Source: Escherichia phage EC115
Direction: 5' to 3' (one strand)
Sequence record: NC_073080.1
Length of the DNA stretch: 44,849 bases
Shown: positions 20,501 through 27,728 of the stretch, one piece after another
Position numbering within the stretch: the first letter of the stretch is position 1
Layout of the letters: the number at the start of each line of letters is the position of its first letter
Translations under genes and position numbers: made by a program
The notes under the pieces: model-generated
The model's input: the letters and a program-made list of their open reading frames with translations, nothing else
What the model was told of the DNA's origin: nothing
Databases searched by the model: none

Positions 20501-20973
20501 TCGAGCAGAAGATGACGTCCTCGTTTAACCACTCTGGTGGTAGCGCCACGTATAGCCTTAAGGCTGGCGTGACACATAACGGGACTTATTATGATGCGGG
20601 TATGCAGCTTTCCGTTGTGACGTCTGGCAACGCGGTTAAATCGCGTATTGCGTTCAAGGCGGACCAGTTCTACATCATGCATCCGTCCAATGGGACGCTG
20701 TCGTCTGCGTTTATTGTGGACGGTGGCGCGGTGTATATCGACACGGCACGCATCAAGAACGCGTCCATCAACTTCGCGCAGATAACAGACACGCTGCAAT
20801 CGGATAACTACGACGGCAGCACGCGCGGCTGGCGCTTAGGGAAAGATGGAACGTTTATCAACCTGGGCACCGGTAGCGGCGGCGGGATGAAACAGACGAA
20901 CACAAGAATAAGCGTGAAGGACGGAAACGGCGTTCTCCGCGTGCAGATTGGTGAGCTTACTGGTAGCTGGTAG
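17554..20973 (+). CDS. Tail tip / host specificity protein J-like
   Basis: 1139 aa, size and position as lambda J; Ala/Gln-rich repeats in the C-terminal third. Confidence 0.9.
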   Translation: MTIIYDVTGHKGGGGKQHTPQETPDSLHSLAKIRILLALGEGEFESITSASELRQRVYLDGTPIQNADLSENFPGARVEFRPGTQHQDVIHGFSAVESEQSVGVKLENGTPWVRQINDTSLDAVRIRIGIPALYTNEDNGDLVGGRIDYKIVVYTDNADPREFRFAAVGKTMSLYERDHRIELPPNVNTGWRVEVHRITADSTSAKVVNDIRVQSITEIIDARLRYPLTALLFVEFDAKAFQNIPRVSIKCKGRKVLIPNNYDPINHTYSGDWDGTFKRAWTDNPAWHWYDICITERFGLGRRIKPQMLNRYALYQIAQRCDQLVSDGNGGREIRFKNDMYIQSQTDAWTVLKDLAAIFAGMTWWGNQMLNIVSDQPVAAVSHTITNASVIDGRFDYASGSQKTRYSTFAVAYGNPKNHYEDAIATGQRVELVRRHKINRLDITAIGCTRESEAQRRGHWALISNQLDQQVSFKVGMEGLFFIPGSVVAIADTNISGGFETRGGRLLSDPGTRTVLNTDSEITFRPGDKFLVRTDSGNVETREIASVNGNKVTLKTALDADPIPDQPFCVDGDDIQLQKFRITDLEYDDSTSTFSVRGIEYNDSKYDAVDNGARLDPGIFTQVPDGVMKGPESVTITPSQISSQGQLITNVDIVFPPVKDAVVYEIQWRRTSLQNMEIQWGNDWVNIPRTASNGAHIPNVFSGNYQARVRAIGMGEISSPWVSSAITPVEGRLGGLNAPIITNAISGLHQILWKWNHNNAATDISYTELEVRKTGETEWKFLTNVPYPGAEYAQTSLEFGIYQQLRARVADKIGNLSDWSAPFEGQVSDKVDEYMKGLDDEFLTSEDGKRFQEAINTIPQGIYEAMLTDAQQLFNARAEYKGIYAEISVAYNVAADAHKAVAQLETLIGTRLDDAEAAIHTLQTAQSTQEQAFAQYQQTVAAKFGEQEAAIQQVQTATADVAGALAEYKTQVAAQFGQQSAAIEQKMTSSFNHSGGSATYSLKAGVTHNGTYYDAGMQLSVVTSGNAVKSRIAFKADQFYIMHPSNGTLSSAFIVDGGAVYIDTARIKNASINFAQITDTLQSDNYDGSTRGWRLGKDGTFINLGTGSGGGMKQTNTRISVKDGNGVLRVQIGELTGSW

Positions 20974-20976
20974 TAT

Positions 20977-20996
20977 AGGGGCTTCGGCCCCTTTTT
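20977..20996 (+). terminator. Intrinsic terminator after J
   Basis: AGGGGC-ttcg-GCCCCT hairpin followed by a T-run. Confidence 0.6.
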
Positions 20997-21009
20997 AACG
21001 AGGTTATTT

Positions 21010-21312
21010 ATGGCATTCGGTATCGCAACGTGGGACGCGCAAGGACGCCCAAACAACTACGGCATTAAACCGGTAAGCGTGATCGGAAGGATTCATCTTG
21101 CGGAAGGACAAAAATCAGGCGCATGGTCATTCCCTGTACCGGCGGGGATGAAGGTCGGATACGTGGTCGCACTGGATAAAGGCGCGGTCGGGCCAGGCCG
21201 CAGAATAACCGCCAGCGGGAACACTATCACGGTTTCCGCGGCAAGTGCGGTAGGTGGCGGGGTTTACTCCGCATCTGAATGTGACGTTATTGTTTTTGTG
21301 GAGCGAGCATAA
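21010..21312 (+). CDS. Hypothetical tail-distal protein
   Basis: 100 aa ORF with GAGG RBS after the J terminator; shares a G-(F)A-x-WD-x-x-G-(K/R) motif with the next ORF. Confidence 0.5.
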   Translation: MAFGIATWDAQGRPNNYGIKPVSVIGRIHLAEGQKSGAWSFPVPAGMKVGYVVALDKGAVGPGRRITASGNTITVSAASAVGGGVYSASECDVIVFVERA

Positions 21313-21986
21313 TGGCTAATTACGGCGCGTTGATTGACTTACCAAACGGCAACCCGTTTATCACGCCAGAATCGACGCCGTTTTGTCTATTCCGCCGTGT
21401 GGTTGTTGGGTCTTCGGCAAACGGCACTGCGCAGTCGGCGGCTGCCGATATTAATTTGGGTGGTGACTACCCGGCAATAGCGTTTGTGAAAACTACGCAC
21501 ACCGCCCAGCCGACCGTCGTAGGGTCTTCTCGCGTTGGTAATGTGGTGAAGGTGAGCGCCAGCAATCCATTCGGGCAAGGCTTCACGATGACGGCTTACA
21601 TCTTTGCCATATTCCCACAGACCCTTCCGCGGTGGGGCTTCGCTATTTGGGATAAGACGGGGAAGCTAGTACTTACTAATGAGAGTCGCGTACTAAGCGA
21701 TTTAGTTACCGTCGGATCTCCTGGCGCTAACGGGGGGATTAACATTGACCAGACGCTAAATGGCAGCTACGCCGTCGCTCCGGGCATATTGGGGTCTACG
21801 CTGATCCGGTTTTTTGTGCAGGGCCAGCCGCAAGTAATATCGGTAACGGCGTACACGGGGGCCAGATTTGATGGGTCGCGAACGCGTATATCAGCAGCGT
21901 CGTCGGGGAACGCCACGGGGGATGTGGTGGGGTATACTAACAACGGCAACGCGATTATGGCGATTAACACGGCCAATTATGATTGA
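21312..21986 (+). CDS. Hypothetical tail-distal protein
   Basis: 224 aa, Gly/Thr/Asn-rich, ATGA-type start overlap with the previous ORF. Confidence 0.55.
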   Translation: MANYGALIDLPNGNPFITPESTPFCLFRRVVVGSSANGTAQSAAADINLGGDYPAIAFVKTTHTAQPTVVGSSRVGNVVKVSASNPFGQGFTMTAYIFAIFPQTLPRWGFAIWDKTGKLVLTNESRVLSDLVTVGSPGANGGINIDQTLNGSYAVAPGILGSTLIRFFVQGQPQVISVTAYTGARFDGSRTRISAASSGNATGDVVGYTNNGNAIMAINTANYD

Positions 21987-21988
21987 AG

Positions 21989-22012
21989 AAAGCCCCGAAA
22001 GGGGCTTATTTG
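21989..22012. terminator. Bidirectional terminator
   Basis: AGCCCC-gaaa-GGGGCT hairpin followed by TATTTG, between converging genes. Confidence 0.55.
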
Positions 22013-22224
22013 CAGGTGGTGCTTTTGAAGTGGTCGACCGACACATACTGGAAGTTGAACGGATACCCCGCCTTGAGCATTTTGTGCCCGCTAAAGTCGG
22101 CGACACCGAACACTGGTACAGAATACTCCATACCGCTATTCATATATGTCGCGTCGCAGATTTTAGACGGCATACCGGCACAACCGGACAGAAGAACCGC
22201 ACAAATCATAATTAAAGTTTTCAT
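22006..22224 (-). CDS. Small lipoprotein, Cor-like superinfection-exclusion candidate
   Basis: 72 aa from ATG 22224 (AGGAGA RBS); MKTLIMICAVLLSGC signal peptide with lipobox; reverse-oriented between tail-tip and tail-fibre genes. Confidence 0.6.
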   Translation of the reverse strand: MKTLIMICAVLLSGCAGMPSKICDATYMNSGMEYSVPVFGVADFSGHKMLKAGYPFNFQYVSVDHFKSTTCK

Positions 22225-22303
22225 GTTATCATCTCCTATATTTGGTTGAGTTTTAGTATTACACCTCTCAACCAGGATTGCAACCAATTACGAGGATTTA
22301 GCT

Positions 22304-24262
22304 ATGGCAGCGGGCACACTATCCGTAACGAATAACAGCAAGGCGGTTGTCGGGGTAGGCACGACGTTTACCGCGTTTAAAGCCGGAGACTTCTTAACGC
22401 TGGTGGTGGGCCAAGTACCCTACACCGTAGCGATCGCGTCCGTTGAAAGTGCAACCGCGCTAACGCTGGTGCTGCCGTTCGACGGCCCAACGGCAACCGG
22501 CCTCGCGTGGGATGGCGTTAAGCGCGATACCATGTCGCTGGCAACGATGGGCGTTACCGTACAGGCACAGAAAGCGTTGCGCTTGATGATCGCAGATGAA
22601 AACAACTGGCGTGCAATCTTCGGCGACGCTGAAGAAATCACAGTGACGTTACCTAACGGGCAAGTTATGCAGGGCATGTCGTGGGGCTATTTGTCCTCCT
22701 TGCTGAAGGAAGTAGACCCCGTTGAGATGCGCAACCTTCAACAACAGGCCGAGACGGCGAAAAAGACTGGGGCGGAGACGGCGCGCGACGCAGCTAATAC
22801 TGCGAAGACCGACGCGCAGACCGCAAAAGGCCAGGCCGAATCCGCGCGCGACGCCGCTAATACTGCGAAGACTGGGGCGGAGACGGCACGCGACCAGGCT
22901 AATACTGCGAAGACCGACGCGCAGACCGCAAAAGGCCAGGCCGAATCCGCGCGCGACGCCGCTAATACTGCGAAGACCGGAGCAGAGAACGCTCGCAACC
23001 AGGCGCAAGGCTACCGTGATGAGGCGGAAGGTTTTAAAAACCAGATTAACCCTGCACTATTCGTGCAGAAGTCCCAAAACCTGAATGACGTTGCCGATAA
23101 AGCTGAGGCGCGCGCTAACTTGCAAGTTTTATTTGCGTCAAACTCTAACCTGGGGGCTACCGACCTCAACACGCTCAACAGCACGAAGGAAGGGCGTTAT
23201 TACCAGACCACATCGGTGAACGCTACACCAGAGCGTAACTACCCGTTTCAGGAAGCCGGTTGTCTTACCGTGTTTAAAACCGGCGGGGGTAGTGTGGAGG
23301 CTTGCATCCAGGAGTACACCACGTTTTTAAGCCTGCGTCGGTTCGTCCGTTCGCTCGCTGGGGCGGTGTGGACGGCGTGGAAGGAGATCTACCTGCAAGG
23401 GTCGTCCCCAACATACGAAAATATCGACTCGACAGGACGAGTTAGATCTGAAAAGGCATACCCAGCGTTCGAGTGGGTGTCGACGAGAGTAGCCGACGAT
23501 TTCATCGGTAAGCGAGTCAGCATTGAGAACGACACAGGCGTTAATATGTATATGTTCTTCATGCGGAAAGACACAACCGCAAACAGACGTGTCGTAGCGT
23601 TCGCAAGGCCAAACTCTACTGTTTTCCACTTCGTAGGGTATAACGGCGGGTTACCTACCGACGGCAACAGTGCGCCGTCAAATAACATCAACTTTAACAC
23701 GCAACCGCAAGGCTGGCGTCTGGTGTCCGGCGGCTGGCAAAATGCACCGCTAGCCGGTAACAATTACGGGACACTATTCACGCAATGCATGCAGGGTGTC
23801 GCGGAAGGGGATTCGAAAGACAACGGTACATCAGGCTTGTGGTATTCACAGCGATATTTTAATTCCGAGTCTAGGGTGTTCATCCGACATCAAACAAACA
23901 ACGCCGCTTGGACTGGCTGGTACGAGCTTACTAAAACAGCAGTATCGGATGAACGCCTGAAGAATGTAAAAGGTAATTTGAATGTTGAAGGTGCGCTCGA
24001 TAACATCAACCGCATGGAATTTAAAATATTCTCGTTTAAGGATGAGAAGGCCGGTAAGGGGTGTCGTCGCGGTGTTATCTCGCAGCAGATTCGCCAGATC
24101 GATAAAGAGTACACGAAGGAGATCGGCGGGTACTATCACCTCGACCAGACACCAATGCTACTGGACGCCCTAGCGGCAATTAAGGCGTTGCGTGCGCGTG
24201 ACGAGGCTAATAAAGCAGAGATTGCAGAACTGAAGGCGGCTATTGCCGAATTGAAGAAATAA
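22304..24262 (+). CDS. Tail fibre protein with C-terminal intramolecular chaperone domain
   Basis: 652 aa; conserved N-terminus, tandem Ala/Thr-rich repeats, C-terminal DERLKN-containing segment resembling self-cleaving chaperone domains of tail fibres/spikes, coiled-coil tail. Confidence 0.85.
   Translation: MAAGTLSVTNNSKAVVGVGTTFTAFKAGDFLTLVVGQVPYTVAIASVESATALTLVLPFDGPTATGLAWDGVKRDTMSLATMGVTVQAQKALRLMIADENNWRAIFGDAEEITVTLPNGQVMQGMSWGYLSSLLKEVDPVEMRNLQQQAETAKKTGAETARDAANTAKTDAQTAKGQAESARDAANTAKTGAETARDQANTAKTDAQTAKGQAESARDAANTAKTGAENARNQAQGYRDEAEGFKNQINPALFVQKSQNLNDVADKAEARANLQVLFASNSNLGATDLNTLNSTKEGRYYQTTSVNATPERNYPFQEAGCLTVFKTGGGSVEACIQEYTTFLSLRRFVRSLAGAVWTAWKEIYLQGSSPTYENIDSTGRVRSEKAYPAFEWVSTRVADDFIGKRVSIENDTGVNMYMFFMRKDTTANRRVVAFARPNSTVFHFVGYNGGLPTDGNSAPSNNINFNTQPQGWRLVSGGWQNAPLAGNNYGTLFTQCMQGVAEGDSKDNGTSGLWYSQRYFNSESRVFIRHQTNNAAWTGWYELTKTAVSDERLKNVKGNLNVEGALDNINRMEFKIFSFKDEKAGKGCRRGVISQQIRQIDKEYTKEIGGYYHLDQTPMLLDALAAIKALRARDEANKAEIAELKAAIAELKK
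22766..23010 (+). repeat. Tandem 105 bp repeat (about 2.3 copies) inside tail fibre gene
   Basis: Near-identical 105 nt units encoding a repeating 35 aa block (…ARDAANTAKT…). Confidence 0.8.
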
Positions 24263-24265
24263 ATA

Positions 24266-24291
24266 GAAGGGGCCGTATGGCCCCTTTTTTA
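24266..24291. terminator. Bidirectional terminator between tail fibre and leftward operon
   Basis: GAAGGGGCC-gtat-GGCCCCTT hairpin followed by six T. Confidence 0.65.
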
Positions 24292-24864
24292 GTTTGAGTT
24301 TTCCCAGTCCATTTTGCGCCGCACTAGCGGGCTTTCGTAATACTCCTTCCCATCCACTTCCACTAAGGGCCAGTCATTAACAATGACGTAAGGCTCTGCG
24401 ATATCCTCGATCACGCCGTGCGCGCTATGTTGTCCGAAATCTACGCCCACCAGGATAACCCCGGCAACGCGACGAGTGAGATACTCGCGAGCGCAACGGG
24501 CCTCGACCAGTCCTCGACGTATTCCGCTGGTGGCCTTAACCTCGTAGGTCCAGACGGCATCGATCACATGTTCTCGGAAGTCGGGGCCGGATTTTACCTT
24601 GCGCTTGCCGACCATGATAATATCGCCGCGGTCGATCGTGTTAGCGCTAAACAGGCCGGTACGCATTAGCAAACCTTGCGGGATACAGCTACGCCCGCCC
24701 GCCTGTCCTTCGAGGTACATGCCAGCAAACATCTCGCCCAGCACACCGACAAGACGGCTTTGCTTGCAAGCGTCGGACTTGTATCGCCACTGGTCAAACT
24801 CGATGCTGGCAATCATTGCTGCCAGGTGGAATTGTTTACCGGTTATTTCATATTCGCCGTACAT
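24289..24864 (-). CDS. Hypothetical protein (possible PD-(D/E)xK-like fold)
   Basis: 191 aa, last gene of the leftward operon; D...EVK arrangement (GDIIMVGK ... TYEVKA) loosely suggests a nuclease-like fold. Confidence 0.5.
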   Translation of the reverse strand: MYGEYEITGKQFHLAAMIASIEFDQWRYKSDACKQSRLVGVLGEMFAGMYLEGQAGGRSCIPQGLLMRTGLFSANTIDRGDIIMVGKRKVKSGPDFREHVIDAVWTYEVKATSGIRRGLVEARCAREYLTRRVAGVILVGVDFGQHSAHGVIEDIAEPYVIVNDWPLVEVDGKEYYESPLVRRKMDWENSN

Positions 24865-24905
24865 TGTGTGGTCCTCATTGATGCGGGCCGAAGCCCGCGA
24901 TTAAA

Positions 24906-25457
24906 TTATTTAAGTGCGCCAGTCACAAGTGTTTTTTCCATGTTACGGAAATCTTCCGGCGTCATGAGGATTTTAGACCCGTCCTCGCCAGTGAGCACGA
25001 CCATAGGCTGGACGTCCTGATCTGCGATGCCAAAATTAGCGGCTTTAACCGTTTTACCGGGGGTAAATGCGTCTCCTGTTTTGACGGGCCAACCTTTGAG
25101 GCTATCGAATTGTGCTGCCGTTGTATCGATCTGAATCTCGTCATGCACGGTCATGTAAGACTCGCCCAGCAGGGCGGCATACGCCACCAGGTCCACGATG
25201 TTATCTTCCTGGTGCTTACGGGTCTGGCGCACCAGCTTCAGGCAGATCAGGAAGGTCCAGGCTTCTTGCTCGGTAAGGTCGCGCCCGGTAAGCGCGTTAA
25301 ACACGGCGGCGATCTGTCTAGCGCTGCGTTCCTCTTTCGCGTTGTCATAGCCGTTTTCTTTCCCGCGCTGTTCCATAGTGGTGGCGGCGTTTTTGCAGTA
25401 TTCGTATGCTTTCACAGTATTACCCTTTTTAGTGAGGGGGCGGTATTGCCCCGACAC
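24906..25457 (-). CDS. Hypothetical protein
   Basis: 183 aa ORF with its own promoter/operator at 25462-25491. Confidence 0.55.
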   Translation of the reverse strand: MSGQYRPLTKKGNTVKAYEYCKNAATTMEQRGKENGYDNAKEERSARQIAAVFNALTGRDLTEQEAWTFLICLKLVRQTRKHQEDNIVDLVAYAALLGESYMTVHDEIQIDTTAAQFDSLKGWPVKTGDAFTPGKTVKAANFGIADQDVQPMVVLTGEDGSKILMTPEDFRNMEKTLVTGALK

Positions 25458-25461
25458 GTTT

Positions 25462-25491
25462 ACTATAGTGCAACCAACCTATTGGTTGCAA
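25462..25491 (-). promoter_or_regulatory. Promoter with embedded perfect palindromic operator
   Basis: Minus strand TTGCAA-N18-TATAGT; the spacer is filled by TGCAACCAA-ccta-TTGGTTGCA (25469-25490, 9 bp arms). Confidence 0.5.
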
Positions 25492-25949
25492 GTGAATTTT
25501 GCAACGTTTATTGCGTAAATTTTCGGGACCAAATCACCACACGCCCGACGAATTGCCGCGATGTTCTTCGGGCAGTCCTCAATGATGACCAGTTCCGACA
25601 CGTCCGCATAGCAGACCATTTTGAACACGGCGCACGCCTTAAACTCTGGCGGCGGGGTGTCGTCCAGCATGTGGCGCATAAACAACCGGCCTACGGGGAA
25701 GACTTCCAGTTGTTTGGCGGTGGTGTCCCAACATTCTCGCTGCCGGTTGGTCAGATACGCGATCTCGAAGCCTTGCTCTTTATACATGCGCAGTAGCGGC
25801 AGCATATCCATGTTCAGGTCTTCGCGGACGTGCGCTTTGTGCCACTTCGCCCAAAAGGTGGATTTAGTTTTTATGCCCGGCACCAAGTCGGCGCGCGCAT
25901 CGCTTGATCCATTAATAACGCCATCCAGATCACAAATCAGTAATTTCAT
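25479..25949 (-). CDS. HAD-superfamily phosphatase-like protein
   Basis: 156 aa; N-terminal LICDLDGVI (DxDGx) HAD motif I; later Thr and acidic residues consistent with HAD motifs. Confidence 0.5.
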   Translation of the reverse strand: MKLLICDLDGVINGSSDARADLVPGIKTKSTFWAKWHKAHVREDLNMDMLPLLRMYKEQGFEIAYLTNRQRECWDTTAKQLEVFPVGRLFMRHMLDDTPPPEFKACAVFKMVCYADVSELVIIEDCPKNIAAIRRACGDLVPKIYAINVAKFTCNQ

Positions 25950-26179
25950 TTTAAGCTCTCAATAAGGGTCTGTCGGGCGCTTCGCGCAGTAACGGAGTTG
26001 CATACGAAATGACAACGCTGAGTCATGACAAGCCAACCGGTGAGGTCAAGGCCCATGATGTATTCGGGGCGAGACGCGCGCACCACACGATCGCGGCGTG
26101 GGTCGATGTTATAGTCTTTTTGCATTTGGTCTACGACCGCGTGGTCGCGGTCAACGATTAAGATATTCATGTAGCTCAC
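25946..26179 (-). CDS. Hypothetical protein
   Basis: 77 aa ORF overlapping both neighbours in operon context. Confidence 0.4.
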   Translation of the reverse strand: MSYMNILIVDRDHAVVDQMQKDYNIDPRRDRVVRASRPEYIMGLDLTGWLVMTQRCHFVCNSVTARSARQTLIESLK

Positions 26180-26636
26180 TCTCGCTCATTATTTCAATTT
26201 GTGCGCTGCCGAGGGGCGGCGCTTCGTCAAATATTATCAATTGCTGGCACTTGTTATTGCTCGGACCGACTTCGCCGGTGACGGCGTGAATGAATCTAAT
26301 CCGCCAGTCCAGAAGAATTATCATATTGGCGGTCTTCCGGGCCAGCTTCGCCCACTTAGTCGACGTGTCCTGATTCAGTAGCATGACGGTCCGGCGTCCG
26401 TGCGCTGCACACTCGACCCACGGCAGCGGATCGGAATATGGCGGGTTGCACCACTTCCACCCTTTCAACTCTGCCCAGTCCGCATCAAGCGCGCTGTGTT
26501 CCTCCGTGAAGTATCGCGGTAGCAGGTGATTGGCATCGCTTGCCGCCATATCGTAACGGAATCGGTACTTCCGACGCAGTGGTTTAAATAAAGCTGGCGG
26601 CGTGCGCCAGCTATCTTTTTGCTCATTCTTCGTCAT
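26151..26636 (-). CDS. dam: DNA N6-adenine methyltransferase (phage Dam-type)
   Basis: 161 aa; WRTPP...DMAASDANHL...WCNPPYS motifs (NPPY catalytic motif) typical of small phage Dam methyltransferases. Confidence 0.8.
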   Translation of the reverse strand: MTKNEQKDSWRTPPALFKPLRRKYRFRYDMAASDANHLLPRYFTEEHSALDADWAELKGWKWCNPPYSDPLPWVECAAHGRRTVMLLNQDTSTKWAKLARKTANMIILLDWRIRFIHAVTGEVGPSNNKCQQLIIFDEAPPLGSAQIEIMSESELHEYLNR

Positions 26637-27081
26637 AGTCTGGATCTATCGCATACAGGGCGGTTTTCTTGCCGCGAGACAGCACACGTTGGACTCGGGA
26701 TATCTCCTCCCTACTGAGCGGTCTGCTATCGGAATAGTAGCTGCCGTTTGCACGCCACGCTATATGCACCAGTCCTTTCCGCGGGATCGAAGACTGGCGG
26801 CCTTTGGGGCGCACGTACTCCTCGGCACGTTTGCAATGCTCGCGCAGACCTTCGGCAGTGATGCGGTTTAGCGCGACGGTGGTGGTGTATCCGGTGCGCT
26901 GCATAATACCCATCAACTCATACAGCAGATCGAAGCGTTCCTCTAACTCCTTGCGCACTTTCTTCTCGCCTTCATATAGCGCCTGGTTGGTGTCCGCCAG
27001 CGCGTTAGCCCGCTCGGCCTGTTCACGGGCTTCGAGGCATTGCGCGGCCCAGTATGCTTTTTCTTCTTGTAAAATTTTCAT
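26623..27081 (-). CDS. Hypothetical coiled-coil protein
   Basis: 152 aa, charged helical N-terminal half; GGAGA RBS. Confidence 0.5.
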   Translation of the reverse strand: MKILQEEKAYWAAQCLEAREQAERANALADTNQALYEGEKKVRKELEERFDLLYELMGIMQRTGYTTTVALNRITAEGLREHCKRAEEYVRPKGRQSSIPRKGLVHIAWRANGSYYSDSRPLSREEISRVQRVLSRGKKTALYAIDPDYDEE

Positions 27082-27324
27082 TTATTTAGTCTCCGTAGTG
27101 CGGATTTCATCGCGTGGAATAAATTTGCCGTCCATCTCGACCCAGCAGACACCGTAGCGCCATTGAGTGTTACGACCTGTTTGCTCTGCGTACACAGTCC
27201 GGCATTCGTAGCGTTCCGAGTAGTAGACCACCGCGGCAGGTGCGAAAACACAAACTGCGATCATGAGGGTGAGTATCACCCAAAATCGAAGGTCGCCGTC
27301 GTAGTCGAAAAATAATGATTTCAT
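27082..27324 (-). CDS. Small membrane protein
   Basis: 80 aa from ATG 27324 (GGAGA RBS); single hydrophobic helix (FWVILTLMIAVCVFAPAAVVYY); track ORF extends to 27543. Confidence 0.5.
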   Translation of the reverse strand: MKSLFFDYDGDLRFWVILTLMIAVCVFAPAAVVYYSERYECRTVYAEQTGRNTQWRYGVCWVEMDGKFIPRDEIRTTETK

Positions 27325-27370
27325 CGTGTTGTCTCCGGGTATTAAAAAGGGCTTCCAACCGGACACCCTT

Positions 27371-27399
27371 AAGATAATGCAACCAATATGATTATGCAA
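27371..27399 (-). promoter_or_regulatory. Candidate promoter with two direct TTGGTTGCA copies
   Basis: Minus strand TTGCAT-N17-TATCTT; 9-mers at 27378-27386 and 27395-27403. Confidence 0.35.
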
Positions 27400-27404
27400 C
27401 CAAT

Positions 27405-27728
27405 TTACGAATAAAAATTTGGGTCGCGCGCTACGTCTACCAGATACAGATTGCTCATGCGGTTGCCGTAGTGCCCTGGTGTGCGCTGGCGGCACACAAC
27501 GGCGAAGCCTGGGGGAATTGTATTGCCCGTCTCGATAATCCACGCCACGCGTGCGCCAGACAGCGTCTTGCCGTTGTATTCGATGCGCGTGCCACCATCG
27601 GCAGTGTTAAGGTTGCCAATCTTACAGCCTGTGGACTTCAGGCGAATGACACCGGTCTTGCTGTCGTAGGAAAAAAGCTGATTGGTCATTGCCACTGAAA
27701 AGTCGATTGCGTCGAATGCAGTATTCAT
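27405..27728 (-). CDS. Hypothetical protein
   Basis: 107 aa ORF, start overlapping the stop of the methyltransferase-like gene. Confidence 0.45.
   Translation of the reverse strand: MNTAFDAIDFSVAMTNQLFSYDSKTGVIRLKSTGCKIGNLNTADGGTRIEYNGKTLSGARVAWIIETGNTIPPGFAVVCRQRTPGHYGNRMSNLYLVDVARDPNFYS

Noticed and set aside
19705-20799. 364 aa minus-strand ORF inside the J gene, and similar antisense ORFs (13734..14447, 18810..19649, 1233..1658, 7629..8201)
   Set aside because: Fully antisense to well-supported structural genes, Arg/Ser/Cys-rich compositions typical of GC-rich antisense frames, no RBS.
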